A stretch of DNA of 64,000 nt from Mobula hypostoma (lineage: Eukaryota): contig NC_086097.1 of assembly GCF_963921235.1 (NCBI RefSeq), positions 136,898,001 through 136,962,000 on the forward strand, in the 5' to 3' direction. Positions 55,101 through 64,000 of this stretch are shown piece after piece; position 1 is the stretch's first letter, and each line of letters opens with the position of its first letter. The notes below the pieces were generated by a model. That model was not told where the DNA came from and made no database searches. It saw only the letters and a list, made by a program, of their open reading frames with translations. The position numbers and the translations under genes were made by a program.

Positions 55101-58100
55101 GCTATGTACTGAAGTCCACACAAAGCTAGATACATTCAAAGGTAAAATGCCAATAAAGCCATCCCATCACCGAAGATAGAAATACTCTATGGTGCTTATC
55201 GTCCATCTTGTTGTGTATTTCAAGTCTAAGAGAACATCTGTGGCTCTGCTGCAATGATTATCCAGTCAGAACAAAAAAAAAGCATCTGCACATCTGTTTC
55301 TTGCTCAAAATATTCAAATGTTGGCCTATCACAACACATTCCTACTGATATCTCGTCACTGAAATAAGAGATTAATTTTCTGCGTCATTTTTCCTCTAAT
55401 TCTAGTTGAACAATGCTTTATCATTGGCAGAGGTACGACCAGTAGACGTTCTACTTACGGGAGGTCCTATGTCGCCCTGAGGACCGGGACTTCCTGCAGC
55501 TCCAGGGGAACCTGGGACTCCTGGACTCCCCTATGAGGTCATTCAATGCAACATTAATTCCACAGCACAGATGCACTAACTGCTTTAAGCATATTGATTC
55601 AGACAGATATGGGGCTCGTAAAGACCTTGCATCAAAACTGGCTGCCCCACAGGGGAAAGGAAATGAGCATTTAACTTTATTATGAACATCAGGAAAACTT
55701 GAGGCTCTCAAAGCAAACTCTGCCATTGTTTCATTTGTATTATTATTTTCCATGTAGTTGACGATCTTCGAAAACATCAAATGAAAATGTTGCAAAATGA
55801 TCCAAAAAGAAAATTTTTTAAAGCATTATACATTTGAGCATTAATTAGCCCTTTTTACATTTTATATAATAATATTTATCATTATACAGGTATTTAATAA
55901 TAGATGTTTAAAATACCTTTTCTAGATTGTTAACAGACCTGTACTCTTTAAGTTAGAATAATAGTGCAGAAAAAACATACAAAACTAACAAAAAATAATT
56001 TTAATATAATTGGTAACCAGTATAAAATTGTTGATAAAGGAGTTAATTTACTGAAGTCTTCCCTTAAAAGAAACACCTTAGTGCTTTCACTCATAGCATC
56101 AATATTATTTCTGGAGAGAAAAGGATATCACAGAACTGACGGGGTGGGTGGGATGGAAAGCTGTTAATGTTTAATGTTTATAAATATTCCTTATTGGGTG
56201 TTGCCTATATTATTAACAATGTATCTTGGGAATTTCAAGAGAATACAGACTTTTAATCACAAAACATAGGATTTTTGGTTTGCAAATATATTACAAGCAA
56301 CTGTCAGGGATAACTGAACAAAGGCTATGAGAACGATAGATCTTTTAAACAATATACAGTACAATCATATAAATAATCAAACACAAAGACATTGTACAAA
56401 GCATAGAGGGTCTCATCCAAGTTCTTTGAAAAAAGTGTCAAAGGTATTTTGCAGCAAATGAATTTGGTAAATCATACCCCTGGATATTTACTAAAACCTG
56501 GAAGCAGACTGAAGACTCAGCCATAAGCAAGTTCATAGTTCACTTTCCTCCCCTCCTATTGTGAAAAAGTTGTTACATTTCCTAATGTGTTAACATTGTT
56601 CATAAAGTTTAATATAAAAAATCTGTAATTAAATGCACGTAACTCTTCAGGTGCTACAGGCAAATACATTAGGGATTTTTAAGAAGCTCTCCGGTAGGGC
56701 TATGTAGGCGGGAAGGATCAGATTGATCTTAGAGTAGGCTACATGGTCAGCACAACGTCGAAAACCGAAGGGCCTCTACTGTGCAGTAGCGTTATATATT
56801 CTAAGTGTTGAAACAAATAACAAAATCAATGCAAAAGATAAAAAAATGAAAACTAAATCAATGCATTAAGGATTCTGCTCTATAACATTGTCCCAATCTT
56901 ACTCTTTATATCCAAATTAAATGGATGAGCACACAGGAAATTGTGCATTGCTTTATTTACATCTGTCTCTGATCCAGGATGTTATGGTTGGAGCAATGAA
57001 AGCATTTTTTTAAAAAAAGACTGTAGCTCATAGTTCACCTTGAGAAAGCCAACAAAGCTCAAGGGATTTGCACAAATGTGCAGGTTTGAAGCATTATTAT
57101 TACAATGAGATGGTTGTGTCAGAACCTGATGAATTCTTTTAAAGAGATCCTCCATGCTCTGTTGTTATATGCAGAGAGGAGATGGTGTTAGCTTCATCAC
57201 ATACTCACATTTAGCTGGTTAGAGCTGGCCATTAGGTCGAGTATGAGTCTCTAAACCAATATTAAAACTTAGTCAGCTTGCTTATGTTCCAGTTCTGGTC
57301 TGGGACAACAAACTTACTCCATACTTAACCTGTAGTGAGGTATTTAATTTTGGTTTGGATTCCAGAATGATATATGGGAATTTCTTCACTGGCTTAAACA
57401 CAAAGAGCTGAAGATAGCGTCATTCTCTATTGGTCTGTCTTTAGCCATAAGTGGTTATGGTTTGTGGTCTGAATTGTAAATATGGAGTTCTACACCTCCA
57501 GCAGGCAGAGAGGCACAGCACTAATATACTTCAAACTTGCTAGTTCTTGTTCCAGATTCCAGCATCTTTGATCTCCTTTGTCTTCCTACTCACTGTGGAA
57601 CCTCAGTTTGAACTTGGGAGCAGAAATTATGGGATCAACAGCTTCCTCTGATTTTAGCTCCTTTGAATAGCACCCTGAGAGGCGGGTGTGGATGAATTTG
57701 ATGCTGAGCTTACATGTTAATGAACAATGTCACTGCATTCCATTAGGAAGTATGTGCGGAAATATCAGTTCATGCATTAAGCATTGGATTGGGTCCATGG
57801 TGGTAAATAAAGCCCCAACTGTCTTCCAAAATATCTGCATTAGAATGAGCAACAGGGTGATCCCAAGATGATAACTGTAACTACTTTGTAATATCTGCCA
57901 AGTACCACAATCAGACATATTAGCCATCATTTAACACACAGCTGGCATTATTCAGCTCAGCCTTCCTCTCATCCTGCCAACTATGTTTTGGCGAATTTTC
58001 TGCATGCATTCACCAGGATTTTTGTTCTTGTCAGTTTCCTAGGAGTGGTCTACATGACTGCACAGTTCCTGCCAATCACTCTGAATAATGCCACTCAGTT

Positions 58101-61100
58101 ACAGGGTGGGTACTACTTTTACATATGCCCTGGTGCTTGGAGAGCAAAGTCCATTTAAGGGAAGTGAAAACAGGAGTGTGTGAAAGAGGTCAGTCACTCC
58201 AGAATTGAATATTCAAGATCCACCAACAACTTGATGGGGCCAAGGAGCAAAGTTTTGCCAATACCCATAGAATTACATACCCGGGATACTGAGGGAGCAG
58301 GAAGCAGGAAACACTTCAAGTTTCTACAGATCTTCGAGAAGTCCGTAAAGAGGAATCAAATGATGAGAGTCTCGTTAGCCCACAGGCGGACTGTGCCTCA
58401 TAGACAAGGAATGCATGTTGGGAATGTGGGTTCAAAAACCAGAGGCCATATGTTTGTTTTGCCTGTAGTAATAATAATAGTGTCCTGTTTTCACATCCCA
58501 ATTCTTGACAGATGGGCTGAATCCATTGAACAGGTAGGCAGAGTAAACAGAAGGCAGGCCAATGCTGGGAGATTGGAAAAGCAAGTCTTCTCTACTAATT
58601 CACCTTTATTTCTTGTAGAAACGCCAGTGTAATGGTGTTGCATTGAAGGATGTCTTCTAATGGCAGAAGAATACTAAAAACACTCATATTACCTCAGTTC
58701 AGAGTGGCCGTTTCAGGCAACAACTCCAACATTGAGCTTCCCAGAGTGCATTTCATTCAAAACAAGGAGTTTAAAATTAGACAATGGATCCAGTTCACAC
58801 AAGAGGCGTCGTTCTGAGGTGAATAATCCCAAAGTAGCCTCCCTGGGATTTTATTTGTGAATTCAAAAGGTTTCTGGAAGAGCCGGCATTCATTGCCCTT
58901 TGTTAACTCCCCCTGTGAAGGTGGTGTCGAGCTGATGCCTTAAACTGTTACAGCTGGAGCTAATTCTAAGGCAATTTATAAACAGGCATTGCCTGGTTTC
59001 AAGAAGTGAGAGTATGAAGAGACAAGTACGGGTGGTGGTAGACAAACAATGTGGTAAAGTTGAAGGATAATTAAAATATTGAAGGAAATGGACCGCTGAG
59101 AGAGGTCAGTTTTTGAATCAAGTGGGATCAATCTTTATAGGAAGCCATGGAAGCATATTAGAAGTAAACACAGACAACAATATATGTCTTACAAAGAAAG
59201 CCCGGCAGAAAATAAAGTGATCCCAGATCATTGCTCTGCTTCAGGGCCACGAGAGTATTCCATAATTTAAAATGTTCAGTAGGTGCACACACAGCCAATA
59301 GGTAACAGCCCCCTCACTGGATGAATGGGTACTTGATCAGACATAAAGTACTACGTTGGAACGATGGGATGCAAAGGTGCAGCCAATTGCAGTGATTTTA
59401 TGGTGTTATTCCTTAGCTACATAAAATAAACTTACCCTCCCACCTGGAAAACCAAATGGTCCCAGAGGACCCTCCATACCTCGTCGACCCTGAAAAATTA
59501 ACAGTGTTAAATACTTATGTATAGATGAGGCATGCAAATGGACTCACCACTGGCCCAGGTGAACCTGGTGGCCCAACAGATCCATCTTTACCCATGGGAC
59601 CCTGGATCAAAAGTTGATGGCAGAAGTCATTGCATGAATTTGCAAATATGAACTCATACTGATATATTTAAGCCCACAGACAATTCATTTCAATTGCAAT
59701 GAAATGTGCTTCGTGGAAACAATAAATTCAATTTTACAAATTTCCACATTCTGGTTATTGTCACAACAGGAAGAACTTACAGCACCTTCAAAAACCTTAG
59801 ATGTCCTAAAAATCTTTATCTCTAATAAAATATGTTTGAAGGTACATGCTATAATGTACAAAATGTGACAGGCAGTTTGTGCACAGCACCCTCCCACCAA
59901 AGGCAGTGTGATAATGCTGAGATATCCCTTTTTAATGGTGTTTGAGGGATTAATATTCATCCCACAACACCATTGATTAGCCTCTTTTTTGAAGTATTGA
60001 TTCTTTTGAAGAATGATTTACGTTCATTTGGAAGAGAAAGCAGGGTTTTAAATCTGCCTTACGATTTGCTTCTTGAATTGTGCCGCACTCTCTCGGTGCT
60101 GCATTACCGAGCACCACCCTGGATTTTGTGTTCAGGAATCCATTGCAGGACTCCAACCCCGACATATCATGATTCAGCTCCCTGCTTTGTGATCCTCATA
60201 GTACATCATTTATGGCTTGATAATCTACTCCCAAATGTCAAGCCAGCTGAGAAAAAGGAGGTACTTTCTGAGAGGTATGAAAAATGAAACCTTGGATGTC
60301 ACAGCCAATTAGGTTATGAACCATCTGTGGTGAAGGCTGGAAAGACTTGACTCATAGAAACAAATCCTCACACAGCCTGGTGAAATGTTGATATGGAAGA
60401 AGATCTCCTCAAACAGGAACTGTGACTTCAGGGAAGATCGGAGAGGGAACAGAGGGAAAAGGGCAGGGGTGAGGGGTTAGAGCAGGGGGATGGGGGAAGG
60501 GCAGTGGTCAGCGGGTAGGGCAGGGGAAGGTATAGATGGAAGGGGATGGTGTTTGATGGATTATATCTGATCATGAGGGAGCAGAGGTGGTGCATGATGG
60601 GTGGTATCAGACCATGAGAGGTGGTAAGTGTGTACAATAGGCAATATGAAAAAGATGCAGCTAACTCAATTTCCCCCTATATTAACCAAACATTACAACA
60701 CGATAGCACTTGGGTACAATAATCAGACTGGATAGACTAACTATTTACCCAAGCTTTGTCATTCCTGATGTCATGTCCTTTGCTTGTGACAGATTATGAT
60801 TCACTGTAACCTTTCTCTTGCAGGCTTTACTGGTCTTTTTTGCTTAGTGGATGTATGCCAATTCTATTTACATGACAGTAAACCGTATCTGGAAGCTGAG
60901 TGGTGTTCAGGGCCTTGTAGTAATTAAGGACAACACCTAGTGGTCTGGGACTTAGTGAAGATAGAGGCCAGTTAAACTCTAGTGAAGTCTGTCAAATCAA
61001 AGAAGCCAACAAATTCAGTTGCCAAATGAATACTAATTAATGCTAAAGACAACTCCTAAATTAAAATGTATAATGGTAAAATTCAATCAGAGGAGCAGAA

Positions 61101-61541
61101 GTAATTGAAGATAACCAATCAGCGCCTGTTTTGTGCTCTACCCGAAGTTTTTTTTTCCTATCCCGTCCAATGAGACAAGGGTATCTGATTCAGCACTGCC
61201 CATATGGTTCTTCCTCCCATGGAACTGCACCTCCTGTGTTGGTGGTCCTCTCTGTGCACACCATCCATACACTTCAATAGAAGGAATGTTTTGGGGCTTT
61301 CTAATTCATAGCCCCTCACTCCCAACAAAAAGCTCTGGAGTCTCCAGAGTTCCAGGCTCTACAACAAGCCAATGCACACCCACCCAAATCCCAGGCTTGC
61401 TCCAGTGCTGGCTCTGTGAGAGAAATGGGCCTAAAGGAGGATAACAGAGTAAATCCATTAGCATCCAGATGGAATATCAAGGCTTACCCTTTGACCTGGT
61501 GGCCCGTCTCGTCCTGGGAGTCCTCGGGGACCTGGCAGACC
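27796..61541 (-). CDS. col14a1: Collagen alpha-1(XIV), 3' part of gene (multi-exon; the 5' part lies beyond the window end)
   Basis: Phase-compatible GT-AG exons join to [43 protein letters not shown]...[55 protein letters not shown]...|...[11 protein letters not shown]. This matches collagen XIV COL2-NC2-COL1 as I recall it, including the FACIT C-x4-C motif. The convergent mrpl13 neighbour fits known COL14A1 synteny. Confidence 0.92.
28973..29016 (-). CDS. col14a1: col14a1 candidate alternative terminal exon, short NC1 ([14 protein letters not shown])
   Basis: First AG after a long AG-free pyrimidine tract. The phase-1 reading aligns without gaps to the recalled human isoform ending DLIPYNDYQH (Y-x-D-Y-Q conserved). 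Confidence 0.65.
29303..34060 (-). mobile_element. Old CR1 fragment hosting two extra CR1 3' ends (about 29563-30045) and a younger CR1
   Basis: [20 protein letters not shown]; host sequence rejoins across 30759/33769. Confidence 0.8.
30759..33768 (-). mobile_element. CR1 LINE, near-complete ORF2 (APE + RT) with a few frameshifts, truncated at the end of ORF1
   Basis: ORFs 33031..33711 (NARSI, ITETWL, GDFNFP), 32141..32809 and 30820..32004 ([14 protein letters not shown]); TTCTATG tail. Confidence 0.93.
34475..36231. mobile_element. Tc1-family (IR/DR type) non-autonomous foldback element with TA TSD
   Basis: TA|CAGTAGTATGCAAAAGTTTGGGCACCC ... GGGTGCCCAAACTTTTGCATGCCACTG|TA; inner direct repeat at 34667; DDE remnants ([20 protein letters not shown]) on + at about 35390-36020 and mirrored on - at 34692-35383. 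Confidence 0.93.
35104..35247 (+). mobile_element. Rex1 3'-tail fragment inserted in the left arm of the Tc1 element
   Basis: Reverse complement of the Rex1 3' end at 7104-7240; ATGTT repeated at 35099-35103 and 35243-35247. Confidence 0.85.
36449..36604 (-). CDS. col14a1: col14a1 COL1/NC1 exon, 156 nt (GPQGEGRTG...[18 protein letters not shown])
   Basis: tattacag|GC...G|gtaggg; ends with the FACIT cysteine pair C-x4-C. Confidence 0.93.
36808..37561. mobile_element. Non-autonomous hAT element (Charlie-like TIRs) with 8-bp TSD TTCTAATG
   Basis: CAGGGGTCCCCAA...TTGGGGACCACTG; TTCTAATG at 36800-36807 and 37562-37569. Confidence 0.9.
37998..41085 (-). mobile_element. Degenerate Rex1/Babar LINE with a second element inserted at about 38821-39570
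   Basis: [21 protein letters not shown] and FGKSDHL remnants; (CTTTGAA)n-type tails at about 38000 and 38822. Confidence 0.75.
42394..42471 (-). CDS. col14a1: col14a1 COL1 exon, 78 nt ([27 protein letters not shown])
   Basis: ttttcctag|GT...G|gtaaag; has the GVG imperfection typical of the FACIT COL1 domain. Confidence 0.93.
44663..44851 (-). CDS. col14a1: col14a1 NC2/COL1 exon, 189 nt ([34 protein letters not shown]...GRPGERG)
   Basis: tctccttag|GT...G|gtaac; phase 1-1; contained in ORF 44613..44960. Confidence 0.93.
45800..45990 (-). mobile_element. HE1/V-SINE-like SINE
   Basis: Minus strand GGAGTTTGCACCTTCTC..GTGGGTTTCC..CCCACATCCCAAAGATG core. Confidence 0.65.
46042..46108 (-). CDS. 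col14a1: col14a1 COL2/NC2 exon, 67 nt ([22 protein letters not shown])
   Basis: ctgtttcag|GGA...CAG A|gtgagt; carries the QVCEQLI motif of collagen XII/XIV NC2. Confidence 0.93.
46485..48715 (-). mobile_element. Highly degenerate CR1 fragments with an inserted Penelope-like piece (about 47530-47757, +)
   Basis: [13 protein letters not shown] remnant; CAGTCCTGACGAAGGGTCTCAGCCC motif at about 47655. Confidence 0.65.
49313..49432 (+). repeat. (CT)n microsatellite cluster
   Basis: Several interrupted CT dinucleotide runs. Confidence 0.85.
51139..51174 (-). CDS. col14a1: col14a1 COL2 exon, 36 nt ([12 protein letters not shown])
   Basis: ttgcag|GGT...AGG|gtaagt. Confidence 0.92.
52530..52860 (+). 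mobile_element. HE1/V-SINE-like SINE
   Basis: GCTGCTGTCTCACAGCTCCA..GTGACTGTGTGGGT..TTTCCTCCCACATTCCAAAG core and a CR1-like tail. Confidence 0.65.
54340..55110 (+). mobile_element. Degenerate CR1 3' fragment interrupted by a Penelope-derived inverted repeat (about 54470-54652)
   Basis: [10 protein letters not shown] remnant; host resumes at actaggatcttgcctggattagaggg. Confidence 0.75.
54557..54593 (+). ncRNA. Decayed minimal hammerhead ribozyme of Penelope type (probably inactive)
   Basis: AGTC-CTGATGA-A-GGGTCTCGGCCC-aAAA-C-aTt-GAC; the CUGAUGA box and stem II are intact, while GAAA and the GUC triplet are mutated at CpG positions. Confidence 0.6.
55459..55530 (-). CDS. col14a1: col14a1 COL2 exon, 72 nt ([24 protein letters not shown])
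   Basis: ctcatag|GGG...CCC|gtaagt; eight Gly-X-Y triplets. Confidence 0.92.
59436..59489 (-). CDS. col14a1: col14a1 extra COL2 exon B, 54 nt ([18 protein letters not shown]), probably an alternative to exon A
   Basis: tttttcag|GGT...AGG|gtaagt; six perfect Gly-X-Y triplets; only 58 nt downstream of exon A. Confidence 0.85.
59548..59601 (-). CDS. col14a1: col14a1 COL2 exon A, 54 nt ([18 protein letters not shown])
   Basis: ccag|GGT...GTG|gtgagt; resembles the mammalian segment GLPGKDGSSGPPGPPGPI (recalled). Confidence 0.92.
61488..61541 (-). CDS. col14a1: col14a1 COL2 exon, 54 nt ([18 protein letters not shown])
   Basis: tgtgttcag|GGT...AGG|gtaagc; six Gly-X-Y triplets, phase 0-0. Confidence 0.93.
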
Positions 61542-61864
61542 CTGAACACAGAAGTGACAAACAAGATGGAATCAGACACAAAAAGCATTCCTGCATCTCT
61601 GTTGTGCTGCTGCCACCCCTTAAATTTTGTATAATTTAGTCTCATGTGTCTGCGATGCCACTATTGGTATATTTTCCAGTGCCTCCATGCATAAAATGTG
61701 CTTGTGCATCTCTGACAATAAGATTGACTTGTCTTTGACACCTGAGGGGCTTCACAACCAGTAACGTATTTTCGTCTGAAATGTAGCCACATAGGAAACG
61801 CGGTAGTCTCTTTGACACTGGTGAGAGCTTACAGTGCACGGCGCGGTAACAAGAAGATTAGGCT

Positions 61865-62275
61865 GGCACAGCAGCATGGTGGTTAGCGGAACATCATCAC
61901 AGCACCAGCGACCCCACATCAACTTTACCGCTGTCTGTAAGAAGTTTGTACATCCTCCCCATGACCATGTGAGTGTCATCTGGGCACTCACATTCCAAAG
62001 ACGTATGGGTTAGTAGGTTAACTGAGGAGCAGCACTGGCGTGTAGAGGTTGCTGAAGTGCCAACAACCCAGTTTCAGTTCCACAGCTGTTGGGAAGGAAT
62101 ATGTACATTCACCCCATGACAGTGCGATTTTCTCTTGGGTGCTCCCGTTTCCTCCCACTTTCCAAAGATGCACAGGCTATCGGGTTAATTGGTCCACAGG
62201 GTTTTAATTTGGCACCGCAGGCGCATGGAGCCAGAAACCTGTGACCACGCTGTATTTCTACATAAAGTAAATAAC
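61865..62275 (+). mobile_element. V-SINE/HE1-like SINE fragments (two pieces)
   Basis: GCATGGTGGTTAGC A-box-like start; GTACATCCTCCCCATGACC and TTTCCTCCCACTTTCCAAAGATG cores. Confidence 0.55.
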
Positions 62276-62604
62276 CTGCTCTGAATTGTAGGATAATCCG
62301 GGTTCCCGTCACTCCTGGTTGAAAAGGTGACTGAGAGATCGGATCGCAGATACAGTAAATCCACCTGACGGGGGTTCATTTTAAAATCTCAGTCTCTAAG
62401 GCAGCACCTCCAGCAGATGCTTATGGTATTTATCTGAAAACAGATGAGGACACACCTGGCAGTAGCCACGCTCTCCGTCCATCACTGACTGTTGGTGGGC
62501 CTGTTCCTGGGCCTTATCATTGCCCTAACAGCCTGTGCTCATTCAGAGATGAGGAGTGAGATTGTGATAGCTGACAGAAGTCAAGCCTTTTCCTTTTCAC
62601 GGGA

Positions 62605-64000
62605 TCACAAGACAAAGGAGCAGAAGTAGGCCATTCAGCCCATCGAGTCTGCTCTGCCACTCCACCATGAGCTAAACTATCCTCCCATCTAGTTCCAACT
62701 TCCAGCTTTTTCCCCATATCCCTTGATACCCTGACTAATGAGATACCTATCAATCTCCTCCTTAAACACCCTCAATGATCGGGCCTCCACAGCTGTATGT
62801 GGCAACGAATTCCATAAATCCATGACTCTCTGGCTAAAAAAACATTCTCCTCATCTCTGTTTTAAATGGGTACCCTCTAATTCTAAGTCTGTGGCCTCTT
62901 GTCCTGGACTCACCCACCAAGGGAAACAACCTTTCCACATCGACCCTGTCCAACCCTTTCAACATTCGAAATGTTTCTAGAAGATTCCCTCTCATTCTTC
63001 TATACTCTAATGAATACAGTCCAAGAGCCGAAAAACGCTCCTCATATGTTAGCCCCTGCATTCCAGGAATCATCCTCGTAAATCTTCTCTGAACTCTCTC
63101 CAACATCAGTACATCCCATCTAAGATAGGGGGCCCAAAACTGCACACAGTATTCCAAATGAGGTCTCACCAGTGCCCCATAGAGTCTCATCAACACCTCC
63201 TTACTCTTATACACTATTCCTCTTGAAATGAATGCCAACATAGCATTCGCTTTCCTTACCGCCAATCCAACTTGGTGGTTAACCTTTAGGGTATCCTGCA
63301 CGAGGACCCCCAAGTCCCTTTGCACTTCTGATTTTTGAATTTTCTCCCCATCTAAGTAATAATCTGCCCGATTATTTCTTTCAAAATGTACAACCGTACA
63401 TTTCTCAACATTGTATCTTATCTACCATTTCTTTGTCCACTCTCCTAAACTGACCAAGTCTCTCTACAACCTTTCCGTTTCTTCAACACTTCCTGCTCCT
63501 CCACCTGTCTTGGTGTCATCTGCAAACCTAGACACAAAACCAATTAATCCAAAATCTAAATCATCGCTATACATTGTAAAAAGAAGCCGCCCCAACACCG
63601 ACCCCTGCAGAACACCACTAGCAACCGGCAACCAATCAAAATAGGATCCTTTATTCCCACCCTTTGCTTTCTGCCTATCAGCCAATGCTCCACCCATTCC
63701 AATCTTTCCTGTAATTCCATGGGCTCTCATCTTATTAAGCAGCCTCTTATGCGGCACCTTATCGAAGGCCTTTTGAAAATCCAAATACACAACATCCACA
63801 GCCTCTCCCTTGTCAATCTTATTTGAGATTACCTCAAAAAATTCCAATAGGTTGGTGAGGCAGGATCTTCCCTTTATGAAACCATGCTGGCTTGGGCCTA
63901 TTTTGTCATGCACCTCAAGGTATTTCATAACCTCATCCTTGAGGATCGCCTCCAATGACTTTCCAACTACTGAAGTCAGACTAATATGTCTGTAATTTTC
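62605..64000 (-). mobile_element. CR1 LINE 3' part, continuing past the window end
   Basis: ORFs 63464..63955 ([15 protein letters not shown]) and 62834..63325 ([13 protein letters not shown]); 3' UTR ending TCTTGTGATC. Confidence 0.92.

Noticed and set aside
58180..58632. 150-aa ORF on the + strand
   Set aside because: GTG start, no recognisable motif, antisense within a col14a1 intron
27796..61541. Assignment to col12a1 or col20a1
   Set aside because: NC2 (QLIQSH..RY..ILN), the NC1 peptides and the adjacent mrpl13 exon all fit collagen XIV better

Overview
Eukaryotic (vertebrate) genomic DNA. The repeat content (CR1 LINEs, Rex1/Babar LINEs, HE1/V-SINE-like SINEs, Penelope fragments) suggests a cartilaginous fish, probably a ray; this is inference. 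The window holds two convergent host genes. One is the last coding exon of mrpl13 (+, 10413-10437). The other is the 3' end of a FACIT collagen, col14a1 (-, about 27.8-61.5 kb), read by hand as GT-AG exons encoding COL2, NC2, COL1 and NC1. Nearly all long ORFs in the supplied track come from retrotransposons. Most interesting points: (1) two 54-nt Gly-X-Y exons separated by only 58 nt, a likely mutually exclusive pair, one of which resembles the collagen XX exon; (2) three candidate alternative NC1 C-termini, two with distant branch points; (3) a 1.76-kb foldback Tc1 element in the last intron; (4) decayed minimal hammerhead ribozymes in Penelope fragments; (5) a full-length CR1 with a 93-bp monomer array at its 5' end; (6) many nested insertions with readable junctions. 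Protein comparisons are from memory, not database searches. There is no CRISPR array or other prokaryotic system here.
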